The notes under the pieces were generated by a model. That model had not been told where the DNA came from, ran no database searches, and worked only from the letters and a program-made list of their open reading frames with translations. Made by a program: the position numbers and the translations under genes. Of a DNA stretch of 64,000 nucleotides, positions 1 through 9,257 are shown in pieces; position 1 is the first letter of the stretch, and every line of letters starts with the position of its first letter. Source of the DNA: Nanobdellota archaeon (GTDB lineage: Archaea; Nanobdellota; Nanobdellia; SCGC-AAA011-G17; JACPNG01); the NCBI GenBank assembly GCA_038046345.1, contig JBBSWJ010000005.1:36083-100082 (forward strand), written 5' to 3'.

Positions 1-321
1 CAATTTTTTAGCCAGAACCTTAAATTGAAACTAACAACTATTAAGTGAGATGAATATTCGCTTAATATTACCATTTAGGATAAAAAGCGAGATTTTAGAT
101 ATTTCTTCCCCATATAACAGACTATATGTCAGATGAGGGTAAAAGTTATTCTCCAAATCCAGAAATACAGATTAATTAGCAAATTGATCAAGAAAATAAA
201 CCTCAGAAGTTATTAAAATTAACTTAAGATATATCAATTTATTCTTTTAGAAAAGATAATCTGAAAGATTTTCGATTTTTTATGGTAGAAAAATATAAAG
301 TAGTAAAGTATAATAGTGAAT

Positions 322-828
322 ATGAAAGAAATAATCTTAATTCTGCTATTAACCTGTGGATGTGTAAGCATTCCAGAAGCTGGCATTGTAACAGAAGTAA
401 TTGATGGTGATACATTCAAATTAAGCACAGGAGAAAGAGTAAGATTATTATGCATAAACACTCCAGAAAATGGTGAACCATATTTTAAAGAAGCAAAAGA
501 TTTTTTAGAAAATTCTATATCCGGAAAAATAGTAAGATTAGAAGTAGACAAAACAAATTTAGATGATTACAGAAGATTATTACGTTATGTTTATGTTGAT
601 GACATCTTAATAAATGAAGTTATTACAAAAGAAGGTCTTGCAGAAGTATTGATAATAAAACCAAACATAAAACATTGTGACAAAATAAAGCTAGCCGAAA
701 AAATAGCACAAGAACAAAAAAAAGGTATTTGGAGTGTCAACCATGCAGGCTATCCGGAAGATACGCTAATGTTTCAAACTGCTGTGGTAACGGATAAATC
801 AAAAAGTCACCACGTTGCATTGCAGTAG
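322..828 (+). CDS. Thermonuclease (SNase-like) family lipoprotein
   Basis: VIDGDTF, VRLLCINTPE and DDYRRLLRYVYV motifs; N-terminal hydrophobic/Cys lipoprotein-like leader. ATG at 322 preferred over GTG at 316. Confidence 0.9.
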   Translation: MKEIILILLLTCGCVSIPEAGIVTEVIDGDTFKLSTGERVRLLCINTPENGEPYFKEAKDFLENSISGKIVRLEVDKTNLDDYRRLLRYVYVDDILINEVITKEGLAEVLIIKPNIKHCDKIKLAEKIAQEQKKGIWSVNHAGYPEDTLMFQTAVVTDKSKSHHVALQ

Positions 829-1414
829 TTATTCCAGAATTACCAGCACTACGCATAGCAGCTCCTACCATACCTTTCAAAACCATAACTTTTACCTGTT
901 CATCATTAATAAACTCATCCCCTTCAAAAAGTATTCTAAATTCGTCTAAAGCATTAGTAGAACGTAATATTCGTATTCTTTCACTTTTATCCAACTCGCC
1001 TTTAAATTCAGTATCATCAGGGACAACATCATCTAACCAATCAATATTTACAACTACAAGTAAAGAATAATTTCCTTTCATTGCGTTATAATCTTTTCTT
1101 GAAAAAGCTTCTTTTATTACTAAAACCTCCCCTTGTGTTAATTTAAAAGTCTCATCACTATTCAAGTCCTTTACACCGAATACAAAAGCATTATCCTTAT
1201 CATATAAGTATAACACCTTATCTGCGTTGCTTAATATTTCTTTAATCTGAGATGTTTCCTTAAGGATATTTTGAACAAAAAAACCACCAATGGATAATAC
1301 AATAACAAAAATCACAAAGATAATGCTAAGAATTTTTATAATAAACTTAGTAGTTCTAACAAACCACCAAACTAATAATATTATTAAAATTATAGGAATA
1401 ATTAGCCAGATCAT
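737..1414 (-). CDS. Hypothetical membrane-anchored protein
   Basis: 225-aa ORF with two N-terminal hydrophobic helices. Confidence 0.7.
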   Translation of the reverse strand: MIWLIIPIILIILLVWWFVRTTKFIIKILSIIFVIFVIVLSIGGFFVQNILKETSQIKEILSNADKVLYLYDKDNAFVFGVKDLNSDETFKLTQGEVLVIKEAFSRKDYNAMKGNYSLLVVVNIDWLDDVVPDDTEFKGELDKSERIRILRSTNALDEFRILFEGDEFINDEQVKVMVLKGMVGAAMRSAGNSGITTAMQRGDFLIYPLPQQFETLAYLPDSLHG

Positions 1415-1465
1415 GGCTGTTTAACACCAGCAGTGTTTTTAAATATATTTGTAGTAAATTATCAT

Positions 1466-1819
1466 ATGGCAAACAAAAAAAGCTGCCACATATTAAGAGA
1501 AAAAGGAACCGAACCACCATTCACTGGAAAGTATTTGTACAACAAACAGAATGGAGTATACAAATGCGCTGGTTGCGGGCAGGAATTATTTTCTTCCCAA
1601 AAAAAATTTGATTCCGGAACTGGATGGCCAAGTTTTACTGAAGGAAAAAACATAGAACTAAAAGAAGATACAAGTTTTGGAATTAAAAGATTAGAAGTAA
1701 TATGTAAAAAATGTAAAGGACATTTAGGTCACTTATTTAATGACGGACCAAGACCTACAAAGAAAAGATATTGCATTAACTCAGGTGCATTAAGCTTTAA
1801 CAAAATTAATAGCAGGTGA
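1466..1819 (+). CDS. msrB: Peptide-methionine (R)-S-oxide reductase MsrB
   Basis: GTEPPFTG, CxxC pairs, FDSGTGWPSF, HLGHLFNDGP, RYCINS. Confidence 0.95.
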   Translation: MANKKSCHILREKGTEPPFTGKYLYNKQNGVYKCAGCGQELFSSQKKFDSGTGWPSFTEGKNIELKEDTSFGIKRLEVICKKCKGHLGHLFNDGPRPTKKRYCINSGALSFNKINSR

Positions 1820-2173
1820 AACAACAATTGGGCGTTCAGCAATATCAACTGAAGCTGTTCTGAATGATTTTTTTAAATTTTCAAACACATTCTTCCCATC
1901 AAATTCTCCCCTGCAAGTATAAATTGAAAAGTATAAAGAATCATGTTCTGGATAAGTATGAATTGCAGCATGAGATTCAGATAACAATACTAAAATTGTA
2001 AGTCCCTGTGGTTTAAACTGATGTCTAAATACTTTAAGAATTGTAAACTTGTCAATTTTTAAAGCATACAGCAAAGATTTTTCTAAGAAATTATTATCTA
2101 ATAAAATCTTTTTTGGAACTCCATGCATTACACATGATATTTCATTTCCTACAGGACTTGATTCATACTCCAT
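1790..2173 (-). CDS. speD: S-adenosylmethionine decarboxylase proenzyme
   Basis: FKPQGLT..LLSESHAAIHTYPE motif (ES autocleavage site). Confidence 0.88.
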   Translation of the reverse strand: MEYESSPVGNEISCVMHGVPKKILLDNNFLEKSLLYALKIDKFTILKVFRHQFKPQGLTILVLLSESHAAIHTYPEHDSLYFSIYTCRGEFDGKNVFENLKKSFRTASVDIAERPIVVSPAINFVKA

Positions 2174-2347
2174 AGTGCAAATTATTAAGAATAGTTATTT
2201 AAAAAATTATTGTTTTTTAAAATATACTTCTTGTTTGTCTTAAGCATTCTAATTGCTATCTTTATCAACTGGATAAACAGGCCATCTGAACCCTCACGTG
2301 AAAACTGCCATTAATGCCTCATATGATTTATTCTTATCTACAAATGG

Positions 2348-2710
2348 TTATTTACGTAAAATCTTATCCATTACTTTACCTTTTGCTATCTCATCAACAA
2401 GCTTATCCAGATACCTTACTTGTTGTGTTAACGGGTTTTTGATTTCTTCTATACGATATCCACATATTACTCCTGTAATGAGATGAGCATTCGGAGTTAA
2501 TTTTGCTTTCTGAAAGAATATTTTAAAAGTTACTTTTTTATCAATAAGATTTTGTAGTTTCTTTTCATCAAAACCAGTTAACCACTCAATTACTTGATGC
2601 AACTCTTTCTTTGTTCTACCTTTCTTCTCCACTTTTGCTACATAGTGCGGATACACAGATGAAAATGTCATATTTGCAATACGCTCATCGTGTTCGGATG
2701 TTGTTTTCAT
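2348..2710 (-). CDS. DUF2200 family protein
   Basis: MTFSSVYPHYVAKVEKKGRT..LITGVICGYRIEEI..RYLDKLVDE signature. Confidence 0.85.
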   Translation of the reverse strand: MKTTSEHDERIANMTFSSVYPHYVAKVEKKGRTKKELHQVIEWLTGFDEKKLQNLIDKKVTFKIFFQKAKLTPNAHLITGVICGYRIEEIKNPLTQQVRYLDKLVDEIAKGKVMDKILRK

Positions 2711-3353
2711 AATTATTTTTCCTTTTTTAAATTTTTGAATTCGTGTTTCCATAGTATAAGTTAAATTAGATTTTTATATAAAGTTTGCTAGGCACCAACT
2801 CAAATTGAATATAACTTAGGCGATTAAACAAATATTTATCTGCTTTATAGCATAATATTGCAAAAAAAGCAGTTACGCAAAGTTTTCAACTATTATAACC
2901 CGAATTTTTAATGAAAATTTTTTAAAAACTCTACATGTAATAATTTAAAACTAACTCTAAAAATAAATCAATCTAATAAAAAAAGTGATATCATGTATAT
3001 TGTGTGTAAAATGGTCTCGAGCTATTGGAAAATGCAGGCTTAATTTCTCGTTGCCTTGAAACTTACACCCCACTCCCATCAAACAGATCTTCTATCTGTG
3101 CTCTCCTTCTCTTTTCAAGGTGGGTTTCGTCCTTAGATGCTTTCAGGACTTATCCCACAAGGCGTAGCTGCCCGGCCTGCCTTGTCAGACAACCGGTACA
3201 CCAGAGGCCTCGAATCCTCGTTCCTCTCGTACTAAAGGATCCTTCCCCTCAGAAGATAAACAAATCCAGTAGATATCATACAAACTGTCTCACAACGTTC
3301 TTAACCCAGCTCACGATCCCTTTTAATAAGTGAACACCTTCACCCTTGGCCGC

Positions 3354-3406
3354 AAGCAGTACGTGGAAACTGTTAATTTCGACATACCATGCTCTTTTCC
3401 GCGCAT
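3354..3406 (-). other. 53-nt BHB intron in 23S rRNA helix 91 (after about A2534)
   Basis: Central helix GCAG/CUGC, bulges AA|A and UU|G, intron stem UGCGCGGAAA/UUUCCACGUA; removal restores H91. Confidence 0.88.
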
Positions 3407-3419
3407 TTCTGCACGACCA

Positions 3420-3451
3420 CTCTACGATACAAGAATCTAATCTTTGTATCC
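3420..3451 (-). other. 32-nt BHB intron in 23S rRNA (after about C2521)
   Basis: Central helix CUAU/GUAG, bulges CC|G and AG|U, intron stem GAUACAA/UUGUAUC. Confidence 0.9.
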
Positions 3452-3495
3452 GGATAGGAAGAGCCGACATCGAGGTAGCAAGCAGCGCCGTCGAT

Positions 3496-3521
3496 AAACT
3501 CGGAATCAATTTATTGATCCT
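3496..3521 (-). other. 26-nt BHB intron in 23S rRNA helix 89 (about 2477)
   Basis: Central helix GCUC/GAGU, bulges AA|A and UU|A, intron stem GGAUCAAU/AUUGAUUCC. Confidence 0.85.
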
Positions 3522-6141
3522 TTGAGCTCTTAGGCGCTACAACTCAATTATGCCCGAGATAGCTTTTCTGTCATGTCTAGCCCCCATCAATGAGGACATA
3601 GAAGTTCGCTAGGCCATACTTTCGTACCTGAATCCCGTATTGTTTGGAATCCAGTCAAGCCAGCTTTTGCCCTTGCACTCCACAGAGAATTTCTAAATCT
3701 CTTGAGCTGACCTTTGGGCCCTACTGATATCCTTTCAGCAGGGTCCCGCCCCAGGCAAACTATCCGCCAGTAGTTGTCTTTCATTACTGAAGTAAGTAAT
3801 ATAGAATACAGAGGGTAGTATCTCACTTTTGCCTAAACGTACACTGGCGTGCACGCATCAACAGCTCCTACCTATTCTTAACACCATACTCCATACCACA
3901 GCTACAAGCTATAGTAAAGTTCTACGGGGTCTTCGCTTCCCACTGGAATTCTCTGGCCTTTGCACCAGAATAGTGTGTTCGGGAGGTTCTACGTAAAGAC
4001 AGTGGATACCTCGTTACGCCATTCATGCAAGTCGTCAATCAAACGACAAGGTATTACGCTACCTTAAGAGAATTATAGTTATTCCCGCCGTTTACACGCT
4101 CTTAGCCCCCTTGAAAAGGAGTTTAAAGTACATGCACTGGGCAGACGTCACCTCCTATACAAACCATTACTGGCTAGCAGGAAGTTTCGTTTTTGTTAAA
4201 CAGTCGGGCATCCTTAGTTATTGAATCCTGTACTCGCAACTAAAAGCTACAAGCGCAGGAACCCCTTATGCCGAAGTCACAGGGCCAATATTGCCGATTT
4301 CCTTTACGTAAATTACCCCTCTCATACCTTAGGCTACTAACCCAGGGCACCTGTGCTGGTTCTGGATACGGTTATTTATGATCCTTCCATATTGTTTTTT
4401 CACGGGCTCAAGGCATCTACCCAATCAACATACATTGACTATTCTCAGCTTTTCTCAGGTTCTCATCATGACAATTCTCCCCTGACATATGCTAATTAAC
4501 AACCATGTCTATGATTGTGGGTATAGCCCAAAGCAGCAACAATAAGGCTTTCGTCGCCGAATGTACATAAATAGTACTGGAATATTAACCAGTTTGCCTC
4601 TTCCCGCACGTCAATTTATGAGTGCAGTTAGGTCCGACTAACTCTTAGCTGAACTGCAGTGCTAAGAAAACCTTGCCCTTTCGGTATTAGAGAGTCTCAC
4701 TCTATATAGGTCCTACTACCACCGGGATTCTTATTCGTACACGGTCCATTTACTTTCACAAGTATACTTCCATCCATGCACGACACCTATCTACCACCTT
4801 GCTTTACAGCAAGTCTGAAGTATCGGTCGTCAGTTTAGCCCCGTTAATTTTCAGGGCATAATACCTTGACGGGTGAGCTATTACGCTTTCTTTAGAGGAT
4901 GGCTGCTTCTAAGCCAACCTCCCCGCTGTCTCTGGTATTACACACCATTCACCCTTTCACACTTAACTGACAGTTAGGGACCTTAACTTCAGGCTGGGAT
5001 GTTCCCCTTTTGGGACACACGCTTACCGCGCGCCCCTGCTTCCCGCCTTCTACGACGCATTGACATTTGGAGTTGAACAAGAGTGAGAGGAATTTCTTCC
5101 CTTAACATTCTAATCCGTAGCTCTACAACCAATGCTATCTCGAGCGAGACTATTCTGCGGCATATTTCGATAGGAACAGGCTATTAGCAAACTCGATTGG
5201 CTTTTCACCCCTAATCCCAAATCATAAGAGCACATGCACGTAGCACCTCTTCAGGCCTCCACCTCGTATCACCAAGGCTTCACCTTGCTCAGGATTAGAT
5301 CGTCTGCTTTCCGGTCAGACCCCCATGACTTAAGGCGCTTTCACACCTCGCTCCTCGCAAGCTGCGAGCATTTGCTTTCGCTCAGCATTCGTACTAAAAG
5401 TACTTACGCTCGCCATGAAGATCAACTCCCCGGCCCGTTATTCAAAACGTACGGTGCAACTCATGCTGCACCATTCTATAACCGTAAGGTTTCAGGAACT
5501 TTTCACACCCTATCAGAGGTACTTTTCAATGTTCCATCACTGTACTATTTGCTATCGGACTTAAAACATATTTAGCCTTAGAAGTTGATGCCTCCTAAAT
5601 TCCTGCTCAATATCCAATGAACAGTACTATGGATACTTGTAAATCTTTCACGATTATCCTACGGGGCTATCACCCTGTGTCGCATACCATTCCAGATAAC
5701 TTTAGATAAACATGTTAAGATGAAAAACAAGTCCAAACACCACATGTTGCTTCTTTTTCAAGAAGTAATTCGGTTTAGGCTATACGGATTTCGCTCGCTG
5801 TTACTCACCGCATCTCAATTGATTTCTTTTCCTGCGGGTACTAAGACGCTTCAGTTCCCCGCGTTATACATCCTCTCGGATTTAATAGGAAGTCCTATTC
5901 GGGAATCATTGGTTCGTAGGCTGCATGCGCCTCGCCAATGCATTTCGTAGCTTGCCACGCCCTTCATCTTTGTTTTTAAGCCGAATCATCCACCTTACGG
6001 CGTAATGACCTATAATTACACACAATACCTATACACGATATCATTAAATGAATATTTCATCTGTCCTAAGACTATGATATCCTTCACCCACAACAATTCA
6101 GTTTGTGAGTTGCACTATTTCATTAAAAAATGAATATGATA

Positions 6142-6249
6142 TGGACCCGTCGGGAAAATCGACGATCCAAGATGTCTAATGCAAATCGTTTTCGAACCCG
6201 AGGCCCCTACCTTGCAAGGGTAATGCTCTACCAGCTGAGCTACGGGCCC
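6142..6249 (-). tRNA. tRNA-Ala(TGC) in the 16S-23S spacer, with a 35-nt intron at 59/60 (6156-6190)
   Basis: GGGCCCG/CGGGUCC acceptor stem, A73, UUACC-CUUGCAA-GGUAG anticodon arm; mature length 73 nt after removal. Confidence 0.95.
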
Positions 6250-7042
6250 AAACAATTGGATTGACTGTACGAGATTAATTTCAGTGATTAGAATAGTAAA
6301 AAAAATAGGAGGTGATCCACCTGCAGGTTCCCCTACAGGTACCTTGTGACAACTTACCCCACCTTACTGAATCTAGGTTCGAATACACCATAAAGGTATA
6401 TGCTCACCTAAATCCTGCTCGGTTGGATTGATGGGCGGTGTGTGCAAGGCACGTTGACGTATTCACCGGACCCTGATGAGATCCGATTACTAGGAATTCT
6501 GGCTTCATGAGGGTGAATTGCAACCCTCAATCCGAACTGAGATAGGGTTTAGAGGATTGACTTCTCCTTTCGGAGTTGTAGCCCATTGTCCCTACCATTA
6601 TAACGCGCGTGTAGCCCAGAAGATTCGAGCCATACTGACCTGTCATTGCCTACACCTTCCTCCCACTTACGCGGGCAGTCTCTATAGTGTGCACAATCAT
6701 CCCGGAGGACTTGTTAGCAACTGTAGATGTAGATCTTGTTCGTTAACTGACTTAACAGTACATTTTACAACACGAACTTACGACGGCCATGCAACATCTC
6801 TCGGCTTGTTAGGTACGCCCTTCAGACGGACCTTCATCCTGCCATCGCCTCTGGTGAGGTTCTCCGCGTGGAATTGAATTAAACCGCACGTTCCACTCCT
6901 TGTAGCGCGCCCCCGCCAATTCTTTTAAGTTTCAGTCTTGCGACCGTACTACCCAGGCGGCGGATTTAACACCTTCGCTACAGCACTGCACGATCACTTA
7001 GAACATGCAATACTTAATCCGCAGAGTTTACGGCTAGGACTA

Positions 7043-7073
7043 TTCCCGGTGATATATTATTTATCACATCACT
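7043..7073 (-). other. 31-nt BHB intron in 16S rRNA (after about G800)
   Basis: Central helix CCCG/CGGG, bulges AG|A and AA|U, intron stem GUGAU/AUCAC. Confidence 0.88.
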
Positions 7074-7080
7074 CTCGGGT

Positions 7081-7112
7081 ATTTAGCAAATATTAGATAA
7101 CTAAATATTTGT
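7081..7112 (-). other. 32-nt BHB intron in 16S rRNA (after about U793)
   Basis: Central helix UUAG/CUAA, bulges AU|A and AU|A, intron stem CAAAUAUU/AAUAUUUG. Confidence 0.9.
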
Positions 7113-7365
7113 ATCTAATCCGGTTTGCTCCCCTAGCTTTCATTCCTCACCGTCAGATCCGTTCTAGACACGTGCCTTCGCCATTGGTCGTCTTCCAAGG
7201 ATTATCACATTTAACCGCTCCCCAAGGAATACGCATGTCTTCTCCCGGTCTCTAACTACAGAGTGACCCTTGCACGCTGTCATATTAATGATGACAATTT
7301 CACAAAGGACTATTGTAGTCGGCTACGAATACTTTAGGCCCAATAATCGTGATCGCCACTTGTGG

Positions 7366-7404
<39 letters not shown>

Positions 7405-8149
7405 CCACTTATTCGCCAAGCTATTTACACTTGGCAAAAGCCTACCCGGAGGTAAGCACTTAGGTTTCCCTTGTCACGCTTTCGCGCATTGCAAAGAATC
7501 CTTGCCTGCTGCACTCCTTAGAGCTAGGGCCCTTATCTCAGTGCCCTTCTCGGGGCTAAGACTCTCATCTCCCCTACTGATCTATGCCTTGGTGGGCCAT
7601 TACCTCACCAACAAGCTAATCAGCCGCAGTCCTATCCTAAGGCGTTTCCTTTCATGAAAGACACATTCCAGTTATCTTTCAATATCCAGGTTTACTCTCA
7701 ATTTCTCGAGACTATCCTGAACCTTAGGGCAAGTTAACTACGTGTTACTGAGCCTTTTGCCGGTGCTTCCGAAGAAGCCCCTTGACTTGCATGGCTTACT
7801 GAAACCTAATAGCAGCGATCTCCCGCAAGATCAACGGGAATTATTTTGGTCGCATAAAATTGGAAATTTTTGTAATACTTTACTACTCATAACCATTGCT
7901 GCTTTATCTCGTACATCATACTTAATACTTCTGATTAAGTATTCACGTATTATATCACTAAAGTGATATTTTAAGAAGATTAAAAACTATGCTCAATCTT
8001 CATTAAGTGAAACAAGTGTTGGCATCTAGCTTATAAATATTTCTGTTCATGTGCTATAGCATGATAAACGAAAAATTAGTTTGGGCCTGACTTTCAATTT
8101 CGTATAACATACGAAGTCAGGTAAAAGATATTCGTATCCAAAACTGCTT

Positions 8150-8407
8150 TCATTTCCTAGCTTTCTTTATGGCACTTTCAACATCAGCTTTGGTTATACC
8201 TTTCTCCTTGGCGAATTGCTGCGTTTTTTGAAGCAGTTTATCAAAGTTTTTGAATGAAGGCATCGTTACTTTTTTTAGTATGACTGTATCATCTTCTCCA
8301 ACAACTACAAATTTTTCCCCTTCCTTTAAGCCTAATTGCTCCCTTATATCCAAAGGTATAACTACCTGCCCTCTTGAGCTCATGCTTGTTATTTCCAATC
8401 TTTGCAT
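8150..8407 (-). CDS. AbrB/MazE/SpoVT-family DNA-binding protein
   Basis: MSSRGQVVIPLDIREQLGLKEGEKF swapped-hairpin motif; GGAGG RBS upstream. Confidence 0.9.
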   Translation of the reverse strand: MQRLEITSMSSRGQVVIPLDIREQLGLKEGEKFVVVGEDDTVILKKVTMPSFKNFDKLLQKTQQFAKEKGITKADVESAIKKARK

Positions 8408-8423
8408 TTTGTTTGCCTCCTTG

Positions 8424-8454
8424 ATAAGAATATCTTATTAGTAAGAGTATCTTA
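8424..8454. promoter_or_regulatory. Tandem palindromic operator candidates upstream of the AbrB-like gene
   Basis: ATAAGA-N3-TCTTAT (8424-8438) and TAAGA-N3-TCTTA (8442-8454). Confidence 0.55.
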
Positions 8455-8579
8455 TATGTAAATGCTGTGCTTTGGGGGATGTAGCACAATCTGTATTGGT
8501 TAGCAGGAAACTAAACCTAATTTTGTCCCTCAGCCCAATCACAAGAAATACTTATAAGTTATAAAAAATATGCATACTA

Positions 8580-9257
8580 ATGCTTACCCCAATAATCCTT
8601 GCTTGTCTTCTGTCAATAGCGCATATTTTCAGCGAAAAAATAAGTAGTGCCATTGAAGAATATCACGAAAAGATATTAAGTTTTAATTCAGGATTGTTCA
8701 TTGCGTTTTTATTTTTATTTTTAATACCTGGAGCAATTAAAGAAAGTCTAAACTTAAAAAATGTATTTTATTACATGCTTACTGGGTTAGTTGCGTTTCA
8801 TTTGGCAGAAAAATATTTGTATCAACATATTAGACATAAAAAAGAACTTATGAAAGAACTTGCATGGCTGCACATTATAGGCTTCTTTATTGATTATTTT
8901 GTTATTGGATTAGTTTTGTCATTAACGTTTATCACGGAAAAAGAACTAACTTTTTTAATATTTTTACCTTTTTTGCTGCATACAGTTTCTTCATCATTTT
9001 CCCTAGAGCACATTACTGAAAGATTTAACAATAAGCTACTAAAAATGTTATTGTCAATAGCTACAATAATAGGTGCAATTGCCGGACTTTTTTTACAGCT
9101 TACAAAAGCTATACTGCCTTTAATATATCCAGTGTCAGTTGGAATATTAATTTACATTACTATGAGGGACATGATACCCAAAGGTAAGGATAAAAACCCA
9201 TTATTATTCTTGATCGGTGTTATGATAACTGTATCAGTGTTTATAATCACTAACTAA
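8580..9257 (+). CDS. Multi-pass membrane protein, ZIP metal transporter-like
   Basis: About 7-8 TM helices, His residues in TMs, C-terminal GILIYITMRDMIP resembling the ZIP C-terminus. Confidence 0.6.
   Translation: MLTPIILACLLSIAHIFSEKISSAIEEYHEKILSFNSGLFIAFLFLFLIPGAIKESLNLKNVFYYMLTGLVAFHLAEKYLYQHIRHKKELMKELAWLHIIGFFIDYFVIGLVLSLTFITEKELTFLIFLPFLLHTVSSSFSLEHITERFNNKLLKMLLSIATIIGAIAGLFLQLTKAILPLIYPVSVGILIYITMRDMIPKGKDKNPLLFLIGVMITVSVFIITN

Larger units (their letters stand above)
3010..6005 (-). rRNA. rrl: 23S rRNA (archaeal), interrupted by three BHB micro-introns
   Basis: Sarcin-ricin loop AGUACGAGAGGAAC, P-loop CUGGGGCGG, CCUCGAUGUCGGCUC, GCGAAGACCC; ends approximate. Confidence 0.97.
2986..6043 (-). 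repeat. Inverted repeat forming the pre-23S processing stem (arms 2986-3009 and 6016-6043)
   Basis: tgatatcatgtatattgtgtgtaa pairs with ttacacacaata(ccta)tacacgatatca, 24 bp with one 4-nt bulge and one G-U. Confidence 0.8.

Noticed and set aside
3354-7112. Homing endonuclease genes in the rRNA introns
   Set aside because: All introns are 53 nt or shorter, and the intein also lacks LAGLIDADG or HNH motifs.
8474-8530. tRNA-like start GGGGATGTAGCAC
   Set aside because: No T arm, anticodon arm or matching acceptor strand follows.
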